Under the pieces are notes generated by a model, which saw only the letters and a program-made list of their open reading frames with translations, did no database searches and was not told the DNA's origin. Shown here piece by piece: positions 52,301 through 64,000 of a stretch of DNA of 64,000 nt (position 1 is the first letter of the stretch; every line of letters starts with the position of its first letter). The stretch is from Lingula anatina. Taxonomy: Eukaryota; Animalia; Brachiopoda. A program made the position numbers and the translations under genes. The stretch covers positions 21,390,001 through 21,454,000 of the forward strand of contig CM120646.1 of the NCBI GenBank assembly GCA_051362555.1, read 5' to 3'.

Positions 52301-55300
52301 ATTATCTTGTTTCAATTGTCATTTAAAAGAAGCACCGTGGCTTCGAGTAAGTGGGGAGAAAGGCAATCTGCATGCGTGGGAAAATTAACAGCAATTCGCA
52401 AGGAGTACTCACCACCAGCGCAGGTGTTGCCTACATAACCACTGGCACAGATGCAGCTGAATCCCTGCTGAAGACTCTGGCATGTCCCTCCATTTTGGCA
52501 TGGTGAGCCGGCGCAATAGTCCACAGGAGTAGTGGTTTCTATACTGCTGCTGGCTATGGCAGTGGAAGAAGCCACGTCCGTTGTTGCAAAGGCAGTTGAA
52601 CTGGCCGAGGTAACTGCGACAGGACTGCTTGATTGGTCAGTGAAAGACGTTGACGTGACCTGATCTGTTGCTGAGGGTTGTGTAACAGTATCGGTAGACG
52701 AAGCAGCTACGGCAACAGATGACGTTGAGATCGTAGATGTGTCTTGAGCTGACGAAGAGGCTGCCACAGAATCAGTCGAAGAAGCAACTTCGCCTACAGA
52801 CGATGTTGCGGACGCTAATGTGTCTTGTGCTGACGAAGATGCTGCTACAGATTCAGTCGAGGAAGCAACTTCGCCAACAGACGATGTTGAGGACGCCGTT
52901 GTGTCTTGAGCTGACGAAGAGGCTGCTACAGAATCAGTCGAGGAAACAACTACGGCAACAGACGATGTTGAGGACGCCGATGTCTCCTGAGCTGACGAAG
53001 ACTCTGCCACAGATTCAGTGGACGAAGCAACTATGACAACAGACGATGATGAGGACACCGATGTCTCTTGAGTTGACGAAGAGGCTGCCACAGAATCAGT
53101 CGAGGAAGTAACTTCGGCAACAGACGTTGTTAAGGACGTCGATGTCTCTTGAGTTGACGAAGAGGCTGCCACAGAATCAGTCGAGGAAGCAACTTCGCCA
53201 ACAGACGATGTTGGGGACGCTAATGTGTCTTGAGCTGACGAAGAGGCTGCAACAGATTCGGTAGAGGAAGCAACTTCGACAACAGATGATGTTGAGGACG
53301 CCGTTGTGTCTTGAGCTGACAAAGAGGCTGCTACAGAATCAGTCGAGGAAACAACTTCGCCAACAGACGATGTTGAGGACGCCGTTGTGTCTTGAGTTGA
53401 CGAAGAGGCTGCCACAGATTCAGTCGAGGAAACAACTACGGCAACAGACGTTGTTAAGGACGCAGATGTCTCTTGAGTTGACGAAGAGGCTGCCACAGAA
53501 TCAGTCGAGGAAGCAACTTCGCCAACAGACGATGTTGAAGACGCCAATGTGCCTTGAACTGACGAAGACGCTGCTACAGAGTCAGTGGTTGAAGCAACTA
53601 CGGCAACAGACGATGTTGAGGACGCCGATATGTCTTGAGCTGACGAAGTGGCTGCCACAGAATCAGTCGAGGAAACAACTACGGCAACAGACGATGTTGA
53701 GGACGCTGATATCTCCTGAGCTGACGAAGACGCTGCCACAGATTCAGTGGACGAAGCAACTATGACAACAGACGATGATGAGGACGCTAATGTGTCTTGA
53801 GCTGACGAAGAGGCTGCTACAGATTCAGTAGAGGAAGCAACTTCGCCAACAGACGATGTTAAGGACGCCGTTGTGTCTTGAGCTGACGAAGAGGCAGCCA
53901 CAGAATCAGTCGAGGAAACAACTACGGCAACAGACGATGTTGAGGACGCTGATATCTCCTGAGCTGACGAAGACGCTGCCACAGATTCAGTGGACGAAGC
54001 AACTATGACAACAGACAATGATGAGGACACCGATGTCTCTTGAGTTGACGCAGAGGCTGCCACAGAATCAGTCGAGAAAGCAACTTCGGCAACAGACGTT
54101 GTTAAGGACGCAGATGTCTCTTGAGTTGACGACGAGGCTGCCACAGAATCAGTCGAGGAAGCAACTTCGCCAACAGACGATGTTGAAGACGCCAATGTGC
54201 CTTGAACTGACGAAGACGCTGCTACAGAATCAGTGGTTGAAGCAACTACGGCAACAGACGATGTTGGGGACGCCGATATGTCTTGAGCTGACGAAGAGAC
54301 TGTCACAGAGTCAGTCGAGGAAGCAACTTTGGCAATAGACGATGTTGCGGACGCTGATGTGTCTTGAGCTGACGATGAGACTGCTACAGAATCAATGGAA
54401 GAAGCAACTACGGCGACAGACGATGATGAGGACGCCGATGTGTCTTGTGCTGACGAAGAGGCTGGCCCAGAATCAGTGGACGAAGCAGTGGACAAAACAG
54501 ACGGCGCCGTGCTGGCTTGGTCTGTCGCAGATTGTGCTGCAGAGGGGCTGAATGAGCCAGTTCCACCTATTGACGAACTTGCTAATGATACAGTGGACAC
54601 ATCTGGAATCTGAAACATAGATAATATTATTATGATTGATTAATAGAACGCTGTTGATCATGACTCGCCATTAAACGTAAGTATTATTCATAATGTTCAC
54701 TCTTTATTAGTTTGAAGTGTTAGAGGATTTGTTTTATAAGACAGTGAACAAACACCTCCACCAGTAGACATGCTAAATATTAATATAGTCAACTGGGCGA
54801 AAAGTTTTCGATGTTAATATTGTTTTAGATAGACTAAATGAAACTATGTCAGCAACTGGTAAACCTAATGAAACCATTATGAATACCTCTGCAATGGAAT
54901 ACCTCTGAAATGTGATTGTAATCAGAGCAGTTTCGAAAATATACGAAGATAGGAAACTCTTCAACAGATTTACTTTCTGATGTTAAAATTGAGGTCCCTG
55001 TTACCTGATCTGTTGATGACGTTAGTATCGCTGACGTTACGCTAGCAGGAGATTCCCTTGAAGTGAAACTTGATGAAATGGATGTCGTTGCAACTACCTG
55101 ATCCGTGGATGACGTTAGTATGGTTGAACTTAGGCTTGTAGAAGGAGATTCACTTGTAAGCAAGCTAGAGTATATGGATGTCGTTTCAACTACCTGTTCC
55201 GTTGATGACGTTAGTATCGTTGAAGTTACGCCAGCAGAAGGAGATTTACTTGAAACAAAACTTGATAATATTGATGTCGTTGCAACTACCTGATCCGTCA

Positions 55301-58300
55301 ATGACGTTAGTATGGTTGAACTTAGGCTTGTAGAAGGAGATTCACTTAGCACAAAACTTGATGATATGGATGTCGTTACAACTTCTTGACCCGTTGATGA
55401 GGTTAGTATAGTTGAAGTAACGCTAGCAGGAGATTCACTTGGCACCAAACTTGATATGTATGATGTTACAACTAACTGATCCGTTGCTGACGTTAGTACA
55501 ATTGAATTTACACTAGTGGAAGGAGATTCACTTGTAAGCAAGCTAGAGTATATGGATGCTGTTTCAACCACCTGATCCGTCGATGACGATAGCATAGTTG
55601 ACATTACGCCAACAGAAGGAGATTCACTGGTAAGCAAGCTAGAGTATGTGGATATCGTTACAACTTCCTGATCCGTTGATAACGTTAGTATCGTTGATGT
55701 TACGCTACTAGAAGGGGATTCACTTGTAAGCAAGCTTGATGATATGGATGACGTTTCATCTACCTGACCCGTTGATGACGTTAGTGCAGTTGAATTTACG
55801 CTAGTGGAAGGAGATGCACTTGTAACAAAACTTGGTGTTATGGATGCTGTTTCAACTACCTGATCCGTTGATGACGATAGCATAGTTGAAGTTACAGAAG
55901 GTGATTCACTTGGAATGAAACTTGTTGTTATGGATGTTGTTTCAACTACCTGATCCGTTGATGAGGTAAGTATAGTTGAATTTATGCTAGTGGAAGGAGA
56001 TTCACTTGTAACAAAACTTGGTGTTATGGATGCTGTTTCAACTACCTGCTCTGTTGATGATGTTAGTATTGACGTAACGCTAGAGGAAATAGATTCGCTT
56101 GGAATGAAACTTGGTGTTATGGATGTTGTTTCAACTACCTGATCCGATGATGACGTTAGTATCGTTGAATTTATGCTAGTGGAAGGAGATTCACTTGTAA
56201 CAAAACTCGATGATATAGATGACGTTACAACTACCTGATCCGTCAATGACGTTAGTATAGTGGAACTTAGGCTTGTAGAAGGAGATTCACTTGTAAGCAA
56301 GCTAGAGTATGTGGATGTCGTTTCAACTGCCTGATCCGTTGATGACGTTAGCATCGTTGATGTAACGCTAGAGGAAGGAGATTCGCCAGCTACGAAACTT
56401 GATGATATGGATGTCGTTACAACTTCCTGATCCGTTGATGTGGCTATTACAGTTGCAGTTACGCTAGCAGGAGATTCACTTATAAGCAAGCTAGATGATA
56501 TGAATGTCGTTTCAACTACCTGATCCGTTGCTGACGTTAGCACAGTTGAATTTACGCTAGTGGAAGGAGTTTCACTTGTAAGAAAGCTAGAGTATATGGA
56601 TATCGTTACAACTTCCTGATCCGTTGATGACGTTAGTATCGCTGATGTTACGCTAGAGGAAGGAGATACACTTGAAACAAAACTTGGTGTAATGGATGCT
56701 GTTTCAACTACCTGATCAGTTGATGACGTTAGTATCGTTGACGTAACGCTAGAGGAAGGAGGTTCACTTGTAAGCAAGCTTGATGATATGGATGACGTTT
56801 CAACCACCTGATCTGTTGATGAGGTTAGTATCGTTGACGTTACGCCAGCAGGAGATGCTCTTGTAACAAAACTTGGTGTTATGGATGCTGTTTCAACCAC
56901 CTGATCCGTTGATGAGGATAGCATAGTTGAAGTTCCGCTAGCAGAAAGTGATTCACTTGTAACGAAACTCGATGGTATGTATGACGTTTCAACTACCTGA
57001 TCTGTTGGTGACTTTAGTATCGTAAGTGTTACACTAGTGAAAGAAGATTCACTTGTAACGAAACTCAATGTGGATGTCGTTTCAACTTCCTGGTCCATTG
57101 ATGAAGTTATTATCGTTGATGGTACACTAGTGGAAGGAGATTCACGTGAAACGAAACTTGATATGGATGACGTTTCAACTAACCGATCTGTTGAAGTGGC
57201 GGATTCCGTCGTGGCTGTTGTTAACACTAGAGATATTCCAGAGGCACTTGAGGACACTGACTCGGACAAACTGGTCGAGGATGCACTAGATTCTACACTA
57301 CCCGTCACCGTATATAGTAATGGAACAGACATGCTTGTTGACTCTGCTACACTTACTGCTGAACTTACCGATGAAGTAAAGGATGTCACAGTGACTGGTC
57401 CTGTTGCTGAGGTTAGTATTGTTTCAGAAGCACTTGAAGCAGCCGATGTTACAACTGACGTACTCACTGTTGTTTCACTAACATGCACTGACTCTGCTAT
57501 TGATGCTATTACCGTTCCCGAAACACTAGATACACTAAGCGTGCTTAGCATTGAAGCAGTCAACGTTTGAGTTGACTCCAACAAAACTTGTTCTGTGGGT
57601 GAAGTTAGTAAAGCTTCTGACGATAAAACAGATGAACTTGTTGAAAGTATTGTCGTTGAATACATAGTCTGATCTGTTACTGATGTTAGCAGTGTGTCCA
57701 AAGCACTAGACGCTACAGCGGTACTTGTTGATGAGTCTACAATTATGGGTGTTTCTGTTACCTGAACTGTAGAGGGCGCCAGAGAGGACAGGCCTGTGGA
57801 GACCACTCCAGCTGTTGGAGATGTACTTTGTGAAGTCGATATCCCTGCGGACAAACTTACTGCAAGATCTGTGGACGACACAGTGACTTGGCTGATAGAT
57901 GTCGCCACTGTTGCTTCATAGATGCTGGACAAAACTGCCGCGCTGGAAGACGAGGATGCTGTACTCTGATCGGCAGAACTTCCTGTTGTTGATGCAGATA
58001 TTGTAGAGGTTGGTGTTACCAGACCTGAGGATGTCGTGGAGGTATCCGAAACACTTGAAGAAGCAATGACCCCAAGAGATGAACTGGTGGAAACTGATAG
58101 GGCAGTCGAAACCACTTGCCCAGTTGATAATGTCGGTACTGGTTCAGAAACGCTGCTCGAAGCCGTTGAGCTTTGAACTGAACTAGATGAGGTTATAACC
58201 TGGACTCCGCATAAGCTACCGGTGTACCCATCTGGGCATACACAGGCGTAAGAACCGATGGTATTGGTACAGTTGCCGCCGTTACTACATGGGTTGGTGC

Positions 58301-61300
58301 CATTACACTCATCGACGTCTTCGCAATATGTCCCATTCCCTGTGAATCCGCCGTCACAGGTGCAGGTAAATCTTCCCGGGAAGTTGGCACAGGTGGCATA
58401 CTGGTGGCACGAGTTGTTATAATTTACATCAACACATTCGTCAATGTCTGCGCAGCCTGTACCATTGATGTAATATCCGGTTCTGCACGAGCATTCGTAT
58501 CCACCAATGGTGTTATTACACGTCGACCCTTCTTCTGTGCCACATATAGTAAGATTTCTGCACTCGTTCACGTCTGAGCAGAAGACTCCGTTACCGGTGA
58601 AGCCAGCGTTACAAGAGCAGCTATAATTGCCTGAAAAGGTAGAAATATAGAGCTAAGGTACACCATCGATACAGTTTGACATTTTTAACGTTAATTAAAC
58701 AGAAATGAAAACACATAGTTTAACTTTACAATATATATTTACATGTCCATTGACAGATACAGTAGAAAAAATATGTCAGCAATAATGTAACCATATAACC
58801 AACGTCCATACAAATATCGTCAAGCAGGAGTTACTTAATTCCTCACAGATATACTTATTACTACTACAATGATTTAAATGGATCCATAGAAGTACACAAG
58901 TTAAAAAATTAAGGCCCAGATCTAGTAAAACCTGCGGCCAAAACAGGCCTTCGGCTGCAAAATGTTAGATCAAAATTAAGTCTACAACCAATAGACATTC
59001 TTGGCTGTGCAGAAGATAAAAGCCCTCGGAAGAAAGGTAAAATCCCTACCTGGCAAATTGTTACACGTGGCATACTGGTGGCAGCTGTGTGTACCCTGGG
59101 CGCACTCGTCTACATCCTGACACACACCGGCCACCCTGTTGTAGCCGGACAGACAGGAACAGAAGAAACTGCCCACCTGGAATATACAAGGGTCACGAGA
59201 ATGGTGTAATCAATTCGATGTCACCATAGAGAACGTGGGTGATAGAAAGTCATATTTGTTTGGAAAATAAATTATATGACAAATGAACAATTTTTGACGT
59301 AAGATATTTGGAAATGCTTATTAATGTTGACAATTTCAAAGTAAAGCAATTCAAATACAGATGGTAAGCATAAATAAAGACTAAAGAATTAAGGATTGAA
59401 CAAATTAAGACTAAAGTATAAAGACAGAAAATGACAAAACAAGTATTCATTCTGAAAACAGCTACATATATTTTTGTCTATTAAAACGGCCAATGTTTGT
59501 TCCTCATCGAATTGGTCGGCATAGATGTACATAAGATGATGACAGTTAAAAGATTGTTCTGAAAGTTTTAATTGAATTTTGCTCTTTAAAAGATATCGTA
59601 CCGTATTCTCACAGGTCTCCCCGCTCCCCTGGCACACTGTCCCCGCCAGGCACTCGTTGCTGTCCTCGCAGTACGTGCCGTTGCCGACATAACCCGTGTT
59701 GCAGGAACACACAAAGCTGCCAACAGTGTTATTACACGTTGCCGTGGGGCTGCAGGGAGGGCTCTCGGAGTCGTTACACTCGTCAAAGTCTGGACAGAAG
59801 ACAAAATAGGATTTAATACGCTTCGTCACGTAAGTGTCTTTGAGGCGGCATAAAAAAGAGTACCAGACGGGGTAGTATTGACATAGACGAAAAGTGAAAA
59901 CCGTTGACAAACCCTTTTGTCGCATGCCGTAAGTGGCAACGTAAAGCCTTTTACTGAGGCAAACAACATATCGTTTACAGCTGCTGCAACTTATTGGTAT
60001 ATATAAATAATCATTCTTTTTTACGTGTCGAAATACACTGTACAACCGTATGGAGCATTGCGTTTTAATAAGAACGTTATTCACAGTTACCAAAAATCAA
60101 CGTAAAAAATGCCACCTCTTACCAACACAGTATCCGGGGACATTAGGATCGGACCCTTGCACCTTTGAGTACCCATCACCACACAGACAGATATAACTGC
60201 CGTTGGTATTGGTACAATTGGCGCCACTCCCACAGTTAGCCGTGCCCAGTGCGCACTCGTCTACGTCCGTCCTGCACTGGTCGCCAGTCCAGCCGTCCGT
60301 ACAGTTGGTACAGCCCACCACGTTGTCACATACAGAGGCCCGGCTGCCACAGTCACATGTGAACGAACACTTGTCGCCGTACTTGGGTAGGGCACACTCT
60401 GGAAGGTAAAGATACATAATAGAAGTCATGCATGGTGTACTTCGTGGGCCATATCGATATCGGGCAGTTGGTCTTGGCGTCTTTTTCTATCATCTATTCA
60501 CATACCTGATTTATTTATTACTAACATGGTTAGCAAATACTTTCCTCCATCCACAGCTATATTCTTTGTTTTTTGCTGTTTTTTTATTCATATTATCCTA
60601 ACCAAAATATTACCTTTTACAGAAGACATAGTCGCATATAGATTTGCCTAAGTGTTCATTGCTTGGGACTTATTTAAATATTAGTATTTAAATATCATTT
60701 AAAACATGGAACAAAAATACAGATTATATCCATGTGCCCTTACCTTGACACGTCCTCTTACCAGAACCCAGGGTAAACCCGCTAGGACAGGAACATGTGT
60801 AGCCTCCGTCGGTGTTGTTACACGTGTGACTGCAGGTGTCCGTGTTCAGGGCACACTCGTCGATATCTGGGAATATGATGGTCAGAATTAGCAAACAATT
60901 ACGCTGACAATATTGGCTCCGGTAAACATCATATATCATTTTTTTTTAAATTTCAAACTGTACAACTAAACTCAATCAGCTTACAAAAAGTAAGTACATT
61001 AATCACTGGTAAACAAATACTAGTACGTAATATGTATGTCTTTGAATCTCATAATTACGTGCATTTTTGGTATCGAATTCTGTTCAGCAAACACAGAACG
61101 TTATTATAACCTTACCATAACGTTAACATGACCAAAAAACGTTATGGTGACGATATAGTAATGTTAAAAAACGTTTTATGGTTTGCTGGGTGTATATTAA
61201 GTGTACGTACCGTCACACGTGCTGTTGTCAGCTGGGGAGATCGTGTAACCTTGGGGACACGCGCACCCTGGCTGTCCGTTCCCAATATCAGCTGAGCAGA

Positions 61301-61821
61301 TCTCGGAGCAGTTCAGACTATACCTGGCACAAGTGTTGTTTGCTGTAAAAAGTGAGATAATGTCCACATATGATTACATCTAATAGCAATATTTGTTACC
61401 TGTGAGTGAAGATTACTGAAAAAATTGAATAATTTGCTGATTGGTGTTTCAAAAGATAAAATGTCTCATTTTTTTTTAATTTTCAATTCATTATGAGATG
61501 AGCATTTTGACTAAAAGAGCCATCAGGTAAAATATACTTCTTAGCTTATGCGCTGTATGCTAATTAATTATTAAATTTAAGTAGTATGTATTTTCTAATA
61601 TATTCTGTCAAATGTTTGTTTTTAAATTTATTCCTTGTACTCAATCAAATGAAAACCTGTCCTTACCATCAAAGCAGGTGATTCCGTCAGGCCGCAGTTC
61701 ATAGCCTTCAATACACGAACAGGTAAAACTGCCAGGTATATTAGTACACACCTGAGTACAGTTATCTGTCTGCTCTGTACACTCGTTAATGTCTGAAAGG
61801 GAATACAGAAAATACGTGTAG

Positions 61822-61856
<35 letters not shown>

Positions 61857-64000
61857 GCCCCGACCTCATTAACATAACTGAAACGATATGAGCGAATTTG
61901 TGTTTTAAATCACTTTAACTCTGCACACATATAACAACAGGTCATTTAAATATGCTCTTTAACACAAGCAAAACAACACAAACACTCGTGCATTTTCGTC
62001 TTGAAATAAATTTGCGAAGATGAGTTTCAAAGTTGAAGATCTATAAATGCATTAATATTTATCAAATATTAAAATATCAAACACACTATATGTTAAATTT
62101 TGCAGATGACACTTCAGGAGTGCATCTTTTGTACACTTGAAGTTTCAAGAGCAATTATAATGTTTCATTCAAGGAATTCACCCAGAAGGTTCTGTATATT
62201 TCGTTCTTATGTTGTACTCACCCGCACAGTCGTATGTGCCGTTCTTCACGTAGCCGTCATAGCAATCACATATGTAGGAACCCATGCTGTTGATACAAAT
62301 ACTGGTGCAGAGGTTGCTGGTCGTGTTACTAGTACATTCGTCAATGTCTAAAATAATATATTTATTACACAAATGTGTTATTATCTATTTATTTTTGTAT
62401 CTATTAGTTGAAGTTCTTGTCGATGTTTTAGTAATACAACACCTCGATTTTCCATATAAAAATAGTACAATGAAATATTTGTGTCACATAATTGATCCAC
62501 ATTTTGATATTTAATCTGAAACAACAAGGAAGAACGCCAAACCATACCTTAACCACGCCCCTTGGCTATACTTACCCACACATTTGTTTTCCTCGGTGTC
62601 CAGCTCGTATCCGGTGGGGCAGGCCGTGCAGTTGAAGGCTGGGTATCCCAGTGCCTCCAGATCTGCCGGCACGTCCGTACAGTTGGAGCCCTGGGGGCAT
62701 GGGTTCTGGTCGCAGCCGTCCGTGTCCGTCTCACAATTGTCGCCTGCAATGTGGATACATTAGACTATATAAATACCAGTAATATTCGTGTGGATTGATA
62801 AAAAAAAACCAACCCAAAATGGATTTTAGATAACAATTTAAGATTAAATGGATAAATGATGGATAATTGGATAATTTAAAACGACTATTGTGGTCTGGGC
62901 ACAACTAGATACTGGAGTATTTGAACATTTTGACTGAGCAATAAACAGAGACTTACATATGTGGCCGTTCTCTTAAGCATTTCCTTTTTCCAAGGAAGAT
63001 ACACAATATATCCTTTATATATTAAGCGTATGCTGTCTGGAGAAAAAATCAAATGTAATTCGTACCTGACCACCCTGTGGAACAGTTACAAGCCACCTGG
63101 TAGAAGTCTGTGTTGTTCACTACGGTCACGGAGTCAAACAGGCATATCCCGTTGCCAGAGCATCCGGTACAGTACCGGATCTCCAGGGTGAGTTCTGTAA
63201 CTCCACCGCGACCGTCATTCGCTACGAATCTAAATACAGGGAACACACTGGTGATTACGTAAGCAATTTTAATTTAAAATTAATTTAAAAATTGATTTTG
63301 TACATGTCAATTGCACCACTACAAAGGATTTTAGAAGCAAAAAAAAAAAAAAATCTAACAAACAATAACGTTAATACAATTTTACAGTATTCCGATACTA
63401 TACATACCCTAATGAAGCGATATCCAGACCTTGGGGTGGCGTCCAGAACACGTAATTAGTGGCGTTGTCAAATGCGGCGCCAGATGGCAGCGACGATGAA
63501 GACGAGACTGATACGTTGTCTCCGTCAGGGTCGGTAGGGGAGAGAGCTAGAGATATGAGCTCTCCCGCCGTAATACGCAGGACGGTTGCATTGGCGCTTA
63601 ATGTTGGCGCTTGATTTTCTTTAAAAGAATAAGAAAGACAGTTAAAAACAGAACGTAATCAGCGACTGAGAGATGTCAATTTAGGTTAAACAAACCCTGG
63701 CGGAATAGGAAGGTTGGTACATTTTGTGTATACTTTAATAAACTAAACAATACGTAATTTGATTCCTGAAAACAGTAGAAAGAATTTTTGCAAACTATAT
63801 CTGCCCAAACAACATCTCTTATAAACCATGTGGACTTCAAAATGAGCGTGGCTTCGTAACTAACTGTGATTGTACGTCAAATCAAATTTCAAAATTAACT
63901 CACGTTGTTCAGCTGACGTGGCGACATTCGTCTCCTCGGCGACTCTGGATTCTGAGGCCAGTGCGTCGTTTCTCGTCAACACGTAGTCATAGACACAGTT
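36305..64000 (-). CDS. Giant MUC4-like transmembrane mucin (NIDO-AMOP-vWD, Ig/cadherin-like, many EGF/EGF_CA, Ser/Thr repeats, 2 SEA, TM); 5' partial
   Basis: Phase-consistent exons (high-low): >64000-63904, 63618-63408, 63229-63066, 62743-62576, 62347-62222, 61792-61667, 61342-61211, 60866-60744, 60398-60123, 59789-59602, 59176-59050, 58630-~55005 (donor uncertain), 54609-52413, 52113-51977, 51665-51330, 51048-50841, 50496-50278, 50036-49969, 49700-49481, 49217-49105, 48908-48785, 48348-48220, 47918-47721, 47480-47223, 46897-46675, 46311-46142, 45858-45700, 45472-45341, 44974-44846, 44639-44517, 44390-44265, 43877-43620, 43259-43140, 42680-42552, 42304-42170, 41985-41851, 41460-41086, 40774-40695, 40472-40414, 40276-40083, 39850-39710, 39433-39354, 38943-38885, 38624-38449, 38274-38199, 37794-37600, 37257-37052, 36762-36647, 36334-36305 (TAG). 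The single-gene join across 55005-54609 is inferred. Confidence 0.85.
37600..37794 (-). CDS. Mucin exon: end of juxtamembrane EGF, transmembrane helix, basic stop-transfer
   Basis: [56 protein letters not shown]. Confidence 0.92.
38449..40774 (-). CDS. Two SEA domains separated by an EGF_CA exon
   Basis: Two three-exon sets of 80/59/194 and 80/59/176 nt: [30 protein letters not shown] and [30 protein letters not shown]. Confidence 0.82.
41086..46897 (-). CDS. Ig/cadherin-like segment plus array of EGF and calcium-binding EGF exons
   Basis: Mostly phase 1-1 exons beginning DIDEC/DINEC/DVDEC with CxNTxGSYxCxC motifs; NRSPNITS...FVDPNSGD precedes them. Confidence 0.9.
46324..46388. repeat. (TA)n microsatellite
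   Basis: Visible directly in the sequence. (ATT/TAA)n runs also occur at ~33495, 36790, 40035, 45263 and 61822. Confidence 0.95.
47223..52113 (-). CDS. NIDO-AMOP-vWD module
   Basis: NIDO: VSTNGLISF...AAYWADI...WVLVATW...[16 protein letters not shown]: [14 protein letters not shown]...ECCYD...PKQYCC...[10 protein letters not shown]. vWD: [24 protein letters not shown]...[11 protein letters not shown]...CLYDFLLT. Confidence 0.92.
48446..48550. mobile_element. ~105-bp MITE with (C)CCAGCAAACACAGAACGTT termini
   Basis: 19-bp TIR ccagcaaacacagaacgtt / aacgttctgtgtttgctgg, with internal aacgtt-like subrepeats. Confidence 0.75.
52690..54490 (-). repeat. Coding 81-bp (27-aa) Ser/Thr/Ala/Val mucin repeat, ~22 units
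   Basis: Unit like [27 protein letters not shown] within ORF 52312-54618; cagaatcagt at 53091 and 53172. Confidence 0.92.
55005..57190 (-). repeat. Coding ~96-bp (32-aa) Ser/Thr-rich mucin repeat, ~23 units
   Basis: Unit like [32 protein letters not shown] within ORF 54849-58571; tacctg at 55095, 55191 and 55287. Confidence 0.92.
61085..61190. mobile_element. Second copy of the CCAGCAAACAC MITE family
   Basis: cagcaaacacagaacgtt...aacgttttatggtttgctggg; same size and subrepeats as 48446-48550. Confidence 0.65.

Noticed and set aside
52737-54613. Repetitive plus-strand ORFs ([19 protein letters not shown]...)
   Set aside because: Antisense products of the 81-bp coding repeat, broken by stop codons.

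Overview
Eukaryotic genomic DNA: AT-rich, with GT-AG introns and microsatellites, most consistent with a marine invertebrate such as a mollusc or other lophotrochozoan (taxon is inference). Two large convergent spliced genes fill the window. (1) + strand, 1425-33331: a BAZ2B/toutatis-like chromatin protein (MBD/TAM, coiled coil, DDT, WHIM1-3, two PHD fingers, bromodomain), whose first coding exon(s) lie upstream of the window. (2) - strand, >64000-36305: a giant MUC4-like type I membrane mucin (vWD tail, Ig/cadherin-like, EGF array, two Ser/Thr repeat domains, NIDO-AMOP-vWD with GDPH, a second Ig/EGF array, two SEA domains, EGF, TM, cytoplasmic tail). Notable items: a 76-bp tandem array (~29 copies) made from the end of a BAZ2B MBD exon plus its splice donor; two paralogous 42-nt microexon candidates in the BAZ2B coiled coil; an antisense ORF (480 to <1) missing from the ORF track that looks like a type II membrane protein nested in a BAZ2B intron; a nine-exon internal duplication and a possible secreted/membrane switch in the mucin; a Helentron/DINE-like element carrying a 146-bp satellite; and several MITEs. 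Exon boundaries were read by eye and family assignments are from recalled motifs, not database searches.
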